From Mycobacterium sp. (GTDB taxonomy: Bacteria; Actinomycetota; Actinomycetes; Mycobacteriales; Mycobacteriaceae), in the NCBI GenBank assembly GCA_046330895.1, contig JAXLRY010000016.1, positions 32,273 to 96,272 of the forward strand: a DNA stretch of 64,000 nt, given 5' to 3'. The notes beneath the pieces were generated by a model. That model saw only the letters and a list, made by a program, of their open reading frames with translations, ran no database searches and had not been told where the DNA came from. Below are positions 29,908 through 40,219 of this stretch, one piece after another (positions within the stretch are counted from its first letter, which is position 1; the number at the start of each line of letters is the position of its first letter). The position numbers and the translations under genes were made by a program.

Positions 29908-30852
29908 CCACTCCCGAGGACCGGGATCTGCTGCGGTCGACCGTCGCCGCGCTGATCGACAAACACGCATCCCCCGCGAAGGTCCGCGAGGCGATGTACT
30001 CGGACCGGGGCTACGACGAAGCCCTCTGGTCCCTGCTGTGCGAGCAGGTCGGCGTAACCGCGCTCCTGGTGCCCGAGGAGTTTGGCGGCGCAGGTGGCGA
30101 ATTGGCCGACGCCGCAGCGGTTCTGGAGGAACTGGGCCGCGCCCTGGTTCCGACGCCCCTGCTGGGCACCACGCTGGCTCAGGTCGCATTACTGGCATCC
30201 GACGAACCGGACCTCCCAGCCCTCGAGGGTCTTGCGGCCGGAACCCTCATCGGGACCGTGTTCTTCGACCCCGACTACGTCGTCAACGGTGACATCGCCG
30301 ACGTCGCGATCGCCGCAACGGACGGATCGCTGACCCGATGGTCGGCTGCCCGCGCCGAGGCCCTGGACACGATGGACCCGACGCGCCGACTGGCGCGCCT
30401 CACTCCCGGTGACACAACGTCCGTCGCGTCCGATCCCGGACTGGCCGATACCGCATGCGCTCCTACTGGCCGCCGAACAGGTCGGCGCCGCCACGCGCTG
30501 TCTGGAACTCACCATCGACTACTGCAAGGAGCGCGTGCAGTTCGGGCGTCCCATCGGCAGTTTCCAGGCGCTGAAGCATCGTCTGGCCGATCTGTACGTT
30601 TCGGTGCAGTCGGCTCGGGCCGTCGTCTGGGATGCGATTGCCACTCCATCGTCGACGTCGGCAGCCCTGGCGCGGCTGGCGGCCACCGAGGCGTTCTGCT
30701 CGGTGGCCGCCGAGGCGATCCAGATGCACGGCGGCATCGCCATCACGTGGGAACACGACATTCAGCTGTATTTCAAACGCGCGCATGGTAGTTCCCAATT
30801 GCTGGGTCCGACCCGAGAACAGCTGCGCCAACTGGAGTCCGAGGTCCTCTGA
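29904..30852 (+). pseudogene. fadE33: Acyl-CoA dehydrogenase FadE33 (IpdE2) with a +1 frameshift (real or sequencing error)
   Basis: N-part in the 29904 frame, C-part in ORF 30409-30852; removing T30456 restores GLADTAALLLAAEQVGAA and a 315-aa protein. Confidence 0.85.
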
Positions 30853-30857
30853 CCGGC

Positions 30858-32057
30858 TTACAAGAGCCAGTCGTTGGGCGAGAACAGCTCGCAGTGAACG
30901 GAGGTGTCCGGAATTCCGCGAGCCAGGAGCTGGGCGCGAACCGCTTGGACGAATCCGTTGTTCCCGCAGAGGTAGATCTCGGCCCCATCCGGCAGATCGA
31001 TTCCGTCGAGCGTCAGCATTCCCGGGTGCGCGCCCGTCCGGCCTTCCGTCAAACCGTCCTCGTACCAGACGTCCATCGTCGCGTTGGGCAGCTGGACGAG
31101 TAGCTCGAGCTGCCGTTCCCGCAGCGGATGGGTCCGGTCCCCGCGGTCGGCATGCAGGATCTGGACGCGGGTGTCAGGTGCCTGGCGCGCAACGAATTCC
31201 AGTATTCCGACCATCGGGGTGATGCCGATACCCGCAGAGATCAGAGTCAACGGCTTGCCGTCGGCCGGCGTGGGCAGATCACCGAACGGCACGGTGACAT
31301 CGAGGATGTCGCCCACGCACACATTCTTCGCAATCCATTCGGACACCTCGCCGACCGGCTTGACCGCAAACATCAATCCCTGCGCCCCGGGAGCGTTGAC
31401 GAGGCTGTACTGCCGCAGCTGCCGCGCACCGTCGGGCATCGTCACACCCACCGAAACATACTGCCCGGGACGGAAATCCCCGAATGGCGCACCGGACGAC
31501 TGCACAGTGAGCAACACCGCGCCAGAAGGATCGTCGACGCGCGACACCACGCGGGCGCGGCGATACACGTCTCCGTCCGAAACCCCGGCACGCACGTAGA
31601 GATCGTGTTCGAGGTCGATCAGTGTCTGCGCCATGATCCAGTACACGCTGTCCCACGCCGCGGCGACCTCATCGGTGACGGTCTCGGCGCCCAGCACTGC
31701 GACGATCGCGGCGAACAAGTTCTCGTGGACGATCGGATACTGGTCGGCCGTCACGCCCAGCGAGGCGTGCTTGTGCCCGATACGCGACAGCAGTTCTGCC
31801 GGATGCGGCAGATTCGGGTCGACGAGATGCGTTGCGAAGGTTGCGATCGACGCGGCGAGGGCGCGCTGTTGCGCTCCCTGCGCCTGATTGCCGCGGTTGA
31901 ACAGATTGCGGATCAACTCCGGGTGGTTGGCGAACATTCGCCGGTAGAATTCGGCCGTGATCTCGTCGATCCGCGCGCCGATCAACGGAAGCGTCGCGGC
32001 GACGACCTCGGCGTGGGCTGGGTCGAGTTCGGCCCGGGTTGCGGTTGTGGCAGTCAT
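30858..32057 (-). CDS. hmp: Flavohemoglobin (globin + FAD/NAD reductase; NO dioxygenase)
   Basis: FYRRMFANHPEL, FNRGNQ, RIGHKHASLG proximal His, RQYSL, AGIGITPM; ATG 32057 coupled to the upstream stop (TGATG). Confidence 0.88.
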   Translation of the reverse strand: MTATTATRAELDPAHAEVVAATLPLIGARIDEITAEFYRRMFANHPELIRNLFNRGNQAQGAQQRALAASIATFATHLVDPNLPHPAELLSRIGHKHASLGVTADQYPIVHENLFAAIVAVLGAETVTDEVAAAWDSVYWIMAQTLIDLEHDLYVRAGVSDGDVYRRARVVSRVDDPSGAVLLTVQSSGAPFGDFRPGQYVSVGVTMPDGARQLRQYSLVNAPGAQGLMFAVKPVGEVSEWIAKNVCVGDILDVTVPFGDLPTPADGKPLTLISAGIGITPMVGILEFVARQAPDTRVQILHADRGDRTHPLRERQLELLVQLPNATMDVWYEDGLTEGRTGAHPGMLTLDGIDLPDGAEIYLCGNNGFVQAVRAQLLARGIPDTSVHCELFSPNDWLL

Positions 32058-32536
32058 CAGGATGTCCTTTCTTCGGTTATCTGATCCATGTGAGGTCCAT
32101 TCGCTGTCGGCGAGCCGATCATCACGGGAAGTCTTGTCCCCCTGACCAAGTCGCCGATCGTGTATTGGTCGAGTTCGCGGTAGAACGCTTCCTTCGCATC
32201 GTTGAGGGCACGACGTAGCCGGCAGGCCGGGACGAGGGGGCATGGATTGACACCGCCACACTCGACGACGTCCTTGTCACCTTCGAGGCGCCGGATCAAC
32301 CAGCCGACCGAGACGACGCGCCCCGCCTCAGTCAAGGTCAGGCCACCGACACGTCCGCGTTGAGCCGACACCAATCCGAGGTCCACCAGTCTCGATACGG
32401 CCTTGGCGACATGGTTCTCGGATGCGGCGGCGCCGACCGCAATCGCACGTGTGGTCACCCGCTGGCCATCGACGTCGGCAGCGGCCAGCAGCATCATGGC
32501 CCGCAAACCGAGATCGGTGAACCGCGTGAGTTGCAT
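32057..32536 (-). CDS. nsrR: Rrf2-family NO-sensing repressor, NsrR-like
   Basis: MQLTRFTDLGLRAMMLL, RGRVGGLTL, three Cys (ECGGVNPCPLVPAC); -10 TACGTT 6 nt upstream. Confidence 0.8.
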   Translation of the reverse strand: MQLTRFTDLGLRAMMLLAAADVDGQRVTTRAIAVGAAASENHVAKAVSRLVDLGLVSAQRGRVGGLTLTEAGRVVSVGWLIRRLEGDKDVVECGGVNPCPLVPACRLRRALNDAKEAFYRELDQYTIGDLVRGTRLPVMIGSPTANGPHMDQITEERTS

Positions 32537-32552
32537 ACGACGAACGTAGGTA

Positions 32553-32575
32553 ATTCCGCCTCCCAGATGCGACTT
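32553..32575. promoter_or_regulatory. Possible degenerate 11-1-11 NsrR-type operator
   Basis: ATTCCGCCTCC-C-AGATGCGACTT; only 6/11 dyad matches, just upstream of the nsrR -10. Confidence 0.25.
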
Positions 32576-32669
32576 TTCGGGATGTGGGGTTAAACACCAC
32601 ATAACGTGCGGTTTTTAGACCAGCAGCGTTAGCTGGATAGGGCTTCCCCAAAGCCGCTAGCCTGCACTG

Positions 32670-33842
32670 GTGGACAACCGGCGCAACGATCGCGTGGCCC
32701 TGCGAGCGGGGATTCCGCCCTTCTATGTGATGGACGTCTGGCTGGCCGCCGCCGAACGGCAGCGCACGCACGGCGACCTGATCAACCTCTCGGCCGGACA
32801 GCCGAGCGCCGGCGCGCCAGAACCCGTCCGCGCCGCCGCGGCGCAGGCGTTGCTGGCGAACCAACTCGGCTATTCGGTTGCCCTGGGCATCCCGGAGCTG
32901 CGTGCTGAGATCGCCGCGATGTACGGGCTGCGATACGGCTTGGCCGTGTCCGTCGACGACATCGTGTTGACCACCGGTTCGTCGGGCGGATTTCTCCTCG
33001 CGTTTCTGGCGGCGTTCGATCCAGGCGATCGCGTCGCCATGGCGAGCCCCGGCTACCCGTGCTACCGGAACATTCTCTCGGCGTTGGGTTGTGAGGTCGT
33101 CGAAATCCCCTGCGGGCCCGAGACTCGTTACCAACCGACCGTGCCGATGCTCGCAGAACTCGATCCGCCGGTTCAGGGCGTGATCGTCGCGAGTCCGGCC
33201 AATCCGACAGGAACCGTGATCCCGCCGGCCGAACTGGCGTCCATCGTGGAATGGTGCGACGAGCGGGGGGCGCGCCTGATCAGCGATGAGGTCTACCACG
33301 GATTGGTCTACCCGGGCGCTCCCGACACCTCATGCGCCTGGCAGACGTCGCGAAATGCGTTCGTGGTCAACAGCTTTTCCAAATATTTCGCCATGACCGG
33401 CTGGCGGCTGGGCTGGCTTCTGGTGCCTGAGGTGCTGCGCCGCACCGTGGATTGTCTGACCGGGAACTTCACCATCTGCCCGCCCGTGCTGTCGCAGCAC
33501 GCCGCGGTCGCCGCGTTCACACCGGAGGCCATCGCAGAGGCCGAGGGCCACCTGCACCACTACGCGCGCAATCGGGATCTGTTGATAAACGGGCTGAACC
33601 GTCTCGGCATCACCCGGCTCGCACCTGCCGACGGCGCGTTCTACATCTATGCCGATGTCTCCGACCTCAGTACCGACTCGCTGGCGTTCTGCTCGAAACT
33701 ACTGGCCGAAACCGGAATTGCCATCACACCCGGGGTGGACTTCGACACGGTTAGGGGCCGTTCGCATGTGCGGCTGTCCTTTGCCGGGCCCACCTCCGAC
33801 ATTGAAGGCGGTCTCCACCGGCTCGGCGCCTGGTTGTCCTGA
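32670..33842 (+). CDS. aspB: PLP-dependent class I aminotransferase (Rv3565)
   Basis: SPANPTG, DEVYHG, NSFSKYFAMTGWRLG; leaderless TAGCCT-N6-GTG. Confidence 0.9.
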   Translation: MDNRRNDRVALRAGIPPFYVMDVWLAAAERQRTHGDLINLSAGQPSAGAPEPVRAAAAQALLANQLGYSVALGIPELRAEIAAMYGLRYGLAVSVDDIVLTTGSSGGFLLAFLAAFDPGDRVAMASPGYPCYRNILSALGCEVVEIPCGPETRYQPTVPMLAELDPPVQGVIVASPANPTGTVIPPAELASIVEWCDERGARLISDEVYHGLVYPGAPDTSCAWQTSRNAFVVNSFSKYFAMTGWRLGWLLVPEVLRRTVDCLTGNFTICPPVLSQHAAVAAFTPEAIAEAEGHLHHYARNRDLLINGLNRLGITRLAPADGAFYIYADVSDLSTDSLAFCSKLLAETGIAITPGVDFDTVRGRSHVRLSFAGPTSDIEGGLHRLGAWLS

Positions 33843-33903
33843 CGCCCGGACCGATGTTTGGGCGGGAATTCCCGGGGCTCCCGCCCGAACTCACGTTCGG
33901 GCG
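33843..33903. repeat. 61-bp imperfect hairpin (REP-like/terminator) at the aspB-MFS convergence
   Basis: 25-nt arms CGCCCGGACCGATGTTTGGGCGGGA and TCCCGCCCGAACTCACGTTCGGGCG, 19/25 complementary. Confidence 0.65.
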
Positions 33904-35206
33904 GATGCCGGCATGGCGTCGAGGCTCGCCAGCGCGAGCCCCTTCGTTTCCCGGGCGAACGCCAGAGCCACCAGCGTGATGACGGCCGCGGCGGCTAGGT
34001 AGGCGGCGATCGGCACCGCCGACTTGTAAGTCTCGAGCAGCTGAACCGCGACGATGGGTGCGAGCGACCCCGCGAATATCGCCGTCACCTGATAGCCGAG
34101 AGACACACCGGCGTAACGCATGCGGGTGGGAAACATCTCGGCCATCAGCGCCGGCTGCGGCGCATACATCAGCGCGTGAATGATCAGTCCGAGCGAGATG
34201 GCGGCAATGATCGGCAGATACCGACCGCTGTTCATCATCGGGAACGCGAAGAATCCCCACGCACCCGCACCGATGGCACCCACCAGATACACCGGCCTGC
34301 GGCCGAATCGGTCGGCAGCCTTCCCCGCAAGGGGAATCACACAGAAATGCACCACGTGTGCGATCAGGAGCCACCACAGGATGTCACTGGTGTCGGCGTG
34401 GACGTGGCTCTTGAGATAGGTGATCGAAAACGTGACCACGAGGTAGTACATGATGTTCTCGACCACGCGCAGCCCCATCGCCGTGAAAACCCCACGGGGA
34501 TACTGCTTCAAGACCTGCACGACGCTGTAGGAACTCTCCTTGAAATGGCCGCCTGCTCCTGGGCCGCTACGAATATCGGGGCGTCGGACACCTTCGTCCG
34601 AATGTAGTAACCGATCAACACCACCACCGCCGACAGCCAGAACGCCACCCGCCAACCCCAGGCGAGGAAGGCCGCGTCACTCAGATTGGTTGTCAGACTC
34701 AGCAATACGACCGTAGCCAGAATGTTGCCCACGGGAACCGCGGCCTGCGGCCAGCTGGCCCAGAACCCCCTCGACCGATCCGGACTGTGCTCGGCGACAA
34801 GCAGAATCGCCCCACCCCACTCGCCACCGACGGCGAAGCCCTGCACGAAGCGCAGAATTACGAGCAGCACCGGGGCCCAGTAGCCGATCTGGCCGAATGT
34901 CGGAAGGCAGCCCATCAGAAAGGTCGAGGCGCCGACGAGCAGCAGGCTGAACTGCAGCAGCTTCTTGCGACCGTAGCGGTCGCCGAAGTGGCCGAACACC
35001 ACGCCGCCGAGTGGCCGGGCCGCGAAACCGACGGCGTAGGTGACGAATGCGGCCAGGATCGCGTCGAGGTCGCTGACTCCCTTGGCGAAGAAGATCTTGT
35101 TGAACACCAGCGTCGCGGCGGTCCCGTAGAGAAAGAACTCGTACCATTCGACGACCGTTCCGGCCATTGACGCGGCGACGACCCGGCGAAGTCCGGCAGT
35201 GCTCAT
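33891..35206 (-). pseudogene. MFS metabolite:H+ symporter (MHS family) with a -1 frameshift
   Basis: [27 protein letters not shown] in ORF 34508-35206; C-half in ORF 33891-34655; one added base near 34545 gives 438 aa. Confidence 0.8.
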
Positions 35207-35220
35207 CGATCTCCTCGGTG

Positions 35221-35278
35221 CCGAGTGTGAAACCCTTGCGAGAATTTACCCAATTCCTCGCAGCACGTTCACCGTCGG
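35221..35278. repeat. REP-like 58-bp hairpin, CCGAGTGTGAA type
   Basis: CCGAGTGTGAA...TGCGAGAATT...AATTCCTCGCA...TTCACCGTCGG. Confidence 0.65.
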
Positions 35279-35284
35279 CGCCGA

Positions 35285-35351
35285 GCACACGGCCCGGCAT
35301 GCAGCGGCCTCGAGTGCAACGGCCGGGAGTGCAGCGGCCCGGACTACAGCC
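35285..35351. repeat. Degenerate 15-bp tandem repeat (~4.5 units) after the hsaB stop
   Basis: TGCAGCGGCCTCGAG / TGCAACGGCCGGGAG / TGCAGCGGCCCGGAC. Confidence 0.7.
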
Positions 35352-35910
35352 AGGTGTCGTTCGTCGTCGCGGTGAGGAATGACTCCAGATCGTCGCGCCA
35401 CGCGGCCGGGGTGTTCTTGTCCGGCTCGATACCGGTGTACTCGCCCCGGTAGAACAGCAGCGGCCGGGGCTTCACCTTGGGTACCTCGGACAACGAGGCC
35501 ACAGAGCCGAACACCACGAAATGGTCGCCCCCGTCGTGAACCGAGTGCACGGTGCAATCGATGTGTGCCAGCGAGTCTTCCAGCACCGGCGAACCCAGCT
35601 TCGAGGGGTGCCAGTCGATTCCGGCGAACTTGTCGGCCTCCTTCGAGCCGAAACGCGCACAGGTTTCGCGCTGCTGCTCGGTCAACACGTTCACGCAGAA
35701 CTTACCGCTCGCCTCGATGGCCTTCCAGGAGCGCGAGACCTTCGTAGGGCAGAACAGCACCAGCGGTGGCTCCAGTGACAGCGCGGCGAAGGACTGACAG
35801 GCGAATCCGGTCGGCTCGCCCTCGTGCACCGTGGTGATGATGGTGATCCCGGTGCAGAACTGACCAAGCACATGACGGAACGTGCGTGGGTCGATCGGTT
35901 CACCGGTCAC
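35344..35910 (-). CDS. hsaB: Flavin reductase HsaB
   Basis: Start GTG 35910; FRHVLGQFCTGIT, GGDH. Confidence 0.92.
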   Translation of the reverse strand: MTGEPIDPRTFRHVLGQFCTGITIITTVHEGEPTGFACQSFAALSLEPPLVLFCPTKVSRSWKAIEASGKFCVNVLTEQQRETCARFGSKEADKFAGIDWHPSKLGSPVLEDSLAHIDCTVHSVHDGGDHFVVFGSVASLSEVPKVKPRPLLFYRGEYTGIEPDKNTPAAWRDDLESFLTATTNDTWL

Positions 35911-35918
35911 GTTCGCCC

Positions 35919-37744
<1,826 letters not shown>

Positions 37745-38929
37745 TCAGACCATCGTATCGCCCAGCGGCAACCCGAATTCATGGTTGCCGTAGAGCACAT
37801 AGGCGCGTTCGGGATCGTTGGCCGCATGTACCCGTCCCGCGTGAACGTCGCGCCAGAACCGCTGAATCGGCGCGTCGTTGTTCAAAGCTGTTGCGCCGGA
37901 AGCCTCGAACAGCCGATCGACCGACGCAATGGCCCGTCCCGTCGCCCGCACCTGGTCACGGCGCGCCCGAGCGCGGAGTTCCATCGGAATATCCTCACCG
38001 GCTTGCAGCAGCGCATACTCCTCGGCGACATTGCCGATCAGTTGACGCCACGCGGCGTCGATATCGCTTGCCGCCTCAGCGATCCGGACCTTGGCGAACG
38101 GATCGTCCTTCGCCTTCTCGCCGGCGAACGCGGCACGTACCCGCTTGCCCTGATGCTCGACATGGGCCTGATACGCGCCGTACGCCATACCGACGACCGG
38201 AGTCGAGATGGTAGTGGGATGCATTGTGCCCCAAGGCATCTTGTAGACCGTCGCGGTGTTGTTCTCCAACCCGCCGGCGGTCAGGTTGTTCATGGCGCCG
38301 TACGACAGGAATCGATGCCGGGGAACGAAGACGTCCTTGACCACCAGCGTATTGCTGCCCGTGCCCTTCAAACCCACTACGTGCCAGTCGTCTTCGATGT
38401 GGTAGTCGCCGAGCGGAATCAGGAAGCTGCCGAAGTCGACCGGGCGGCCGTCCTTGATGACCGGGCCGCCGACGAACGTCCAGCCGGCATGGTCACAACC
38501 CGAGGACCAGTGCCACGAGCCGCTCACACGATAGCCACCGTCGGTCACGACGCCGGCGCCCATCGGGGCGTATGAGGACGAAATACGTGTCGTCGGGTCG
38601 TCCCCCCAGACCTCCTCCTGGGCCCGTTGGTCGAACTGGGCCAGGTGCCAGTTGTGCACGCCGAGGATGGATGCCACCCAGCCCGTGGAACCACAAGCAC
38701 TCGCCAATCGGCGGACGGCCTCGAAGAACAGCGTGGGATCGGTTTGCAGGCCACCCCACTGCTCGGGCTGCAGCAGTTTGAAGAAGCCGACCTCGTTCAG
38801 ATCCGCGATCGACGCGTCCGGAATGCGCCGCAGGCTTTCGGCCTCCTGAGCGCGGTCGCGCAGCCTCGGCAGAAGCTCGTCGACACCGGCGAGAACTCCC
38901 TGCGCGTCGCGCTGTTGAATGGACGTCAC
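37745..38929 (-). CDS. hsaA: 3-HSA monooxygenase oxygenase subunit HsaA
   Basis: Start GTG 38929 (MTSIQQRDA) gives 394 aa; WSSGCDHA, RFWRDVHAGRVHAAN. Confidence 0.95.
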   Translation of the reverse strand: MTSIQQRDAQGVLAGVDELLPRLRDRAQEAESLRRIPDASIADLNEVGFFKLLQPEQWGGLQTDPTLFFEAVRRLASACGSTGWVASILGVHNWHLAQFDQRAQEEVWGDDPTTRISSSYAPMGAGVVTDGGYRVSGSWHWSSGCDHAGWTFVGGPVIKDGRPVDFGSFLIPLGDYHIEDDWHVVGLKGTGSNTLVVKDVFVPRHRFLSYGAMNNLTAGGLENNTATVYKMPWGTMHPTTISTPVVGMAYGAYQAHVEHQGKRVRAAFAGEKAKDDPFAKVRIAEAASDIDAAWRQLIGNVAEEYALLQAGEDIPMELRARARRDQVRATGRAIASVDRLFEASGATALNNDAPIQRFWRDVHAGRVHAANDPERAYVLYGNHEFGLPLGDTMV

Positions 38930-38967
38930 CACATGCCTCCCAGAAAATGGTTTGCTCCGACCCAGAC

Positions 38968-38981
38968 TAGAACACGTTACG
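38968..38981. promoter_or_regulatory. KstR operator (hsaA side)
   Basis: TAGAACACGTTACG, one mismatch. Confidence 0.75.
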
Positions 38982-39035
38982 ATTCGTGTCGAGCAGGGCA
39001 TTCCTGCGGCTGGTAGGAGTACCCAACCAGATTTC

Positions 39036-39049
39036 TGTAACCTGTTCTA
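39036..39049. promoter_or_regulatory. KstR operator (kshB side)
   Basis: TGTAACCTGTTCTA. Confidence 0.85.
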
Positions 39050-39073
39050 GTTACCCGACGGGAGGCGTGAAAC

Positions 39074-40141
39074 GTGACACAGGTTCCGCCGGACGAGCCG
39101 CTGGGCACTCACGTCCTGGAGCTTGAAGTGGCCGACGTGGTGGCCGAAACCGGTGACGCGACGTCGCTGACATTCGTCACTCCGCAAGACGCCGGCATCC
39201 CGGCCGAGAGACTGCGCTACGCCCCGGGGCAGTTCCTGACATTGCGGATCCCCAGCGACCGTACCGGCTCAGTGGCACGTTGCTACTCACTGTGCAGCTC
39301 GCCGTTCACCGGCGATGCGCTGACGGTCACCGTCAAACGGACCGTCGACGGTTACGCGTCGAACTGGTTGTGCGACCACGCGCATCCGGGGATGCGGATC
39401 CACGTCCTCGCGCCGTCGGGAACCTTCGTGCCGAGATCGCTCGACGCGGACTTCTTGCTGATCGCGGCCGGCAGCGGCATCACACCGATGCTGTCGATCC
39501 TGAAGTCGGCGCTCTCCCAGGGCGGCGGCCAGATCGCCCTGCTCTACGCCAACCGCGACGAGAACTCGATCATCTTCGGCGCAGCCCTGCGCGACCTGGC
39601 CACCGAACATCCGGACCGCTTCACGGCGATCCATTGGCTGGAGTCGGTCCAGGGCCTGCCCACCACCGCGGCGTTGGCGAAACTCGTTGCGCCGTATCAG
39701 GACCGGCAGGTCTACGTCTGCGGGCCCGGCCCGTTCATGCAGGCCGCCCAGGATGCCCTGGCGTCGGTGAGCGTGCCGGACAAGCAGGTACACATCGAGG
39801 TGTTCCGTTCGCTGGACACCGACCCGTTCGCGGCCGTGACGGTCACCGACGACGGTGATGAGGAGCCCGCGACCGCCGTCGTCGAGCTCGACGGCGAAAC
39901 CCACACGGTGAGCTGGCCGCGCAAAGCCAAGCTCCTCGACGTATTGCTCGACAAGGGCCTGGCCGCACCGTTCTCATGCCGCGAAGGTCATTGCGGCGCA
40001 TGCGCGGTGCTGAAACGCAGCGGTGAGGTCACGATGGAGGTCAACGACGTTCTGGAGCCCGCGGACCTCGACGAGGGGCTGATCCTGGCCTGCCAGGCAC
40101 TCCCCTGCTCGGACTCCGTCGAAGTCACCTACGACGAGTAG
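39074..40141 (+). CDS. kshB: 3-ketosteroid 9alpha-hydroxylase reductase KshB
   Basis: RCYSL, AGSGITPM, YVCGP, CREGHCGAC 2Fe-2S. Confidence 0.95.
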   Translation: MTQVPPDEPLGTHVLELEVADVVAETGDATSLTFVTPQDAGIPAERLRYAPGQFLTLRIPSDRTGSVARCYSLCSSPFTGDALTVTVKRTVDGYASNWLCDHAHPGMRIHVLAPSGTFVPRSLDADFLLIAAGSGITPMLSILKSALSQGGGQIALLYANRDENSIIFGAALRDLATEHPDRFTAIHWLESVQGLPTTAALAKLVAPYQDRQVYVCGPGPFMQAAQDALASVSVPDKQVHIEVFRSLDTDPFAAVTVTDDGDEEPATAVVELDGETHTVSWPRKAKLLDVLLDKGLAAPFSCREGHCGACAVLKRSGEVTMEVNDVLEPADLDEGLILACQALPCSDSVEVTYDE

Positions 40142-40143
40142 CG

Positions 40144-40217
40144 TTCCCCCCGCGAGCAGACGCTGAGGTCCCGAAAGCCTCGGCGTGTCGGGGGCTTTTG
40201 CGCCTGCTCGCGGGGAA
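40144..40217. repeat. REP-like hairpin, CGCGAGCAGACG type, copy 1
   Basis: CCCCGCGAGCAGACGC...GCGCCTGCTCGCGGGG filling the kshB-fadE34 gap. Confidence 0.85.
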
Positions 40218-40219
40218 AT

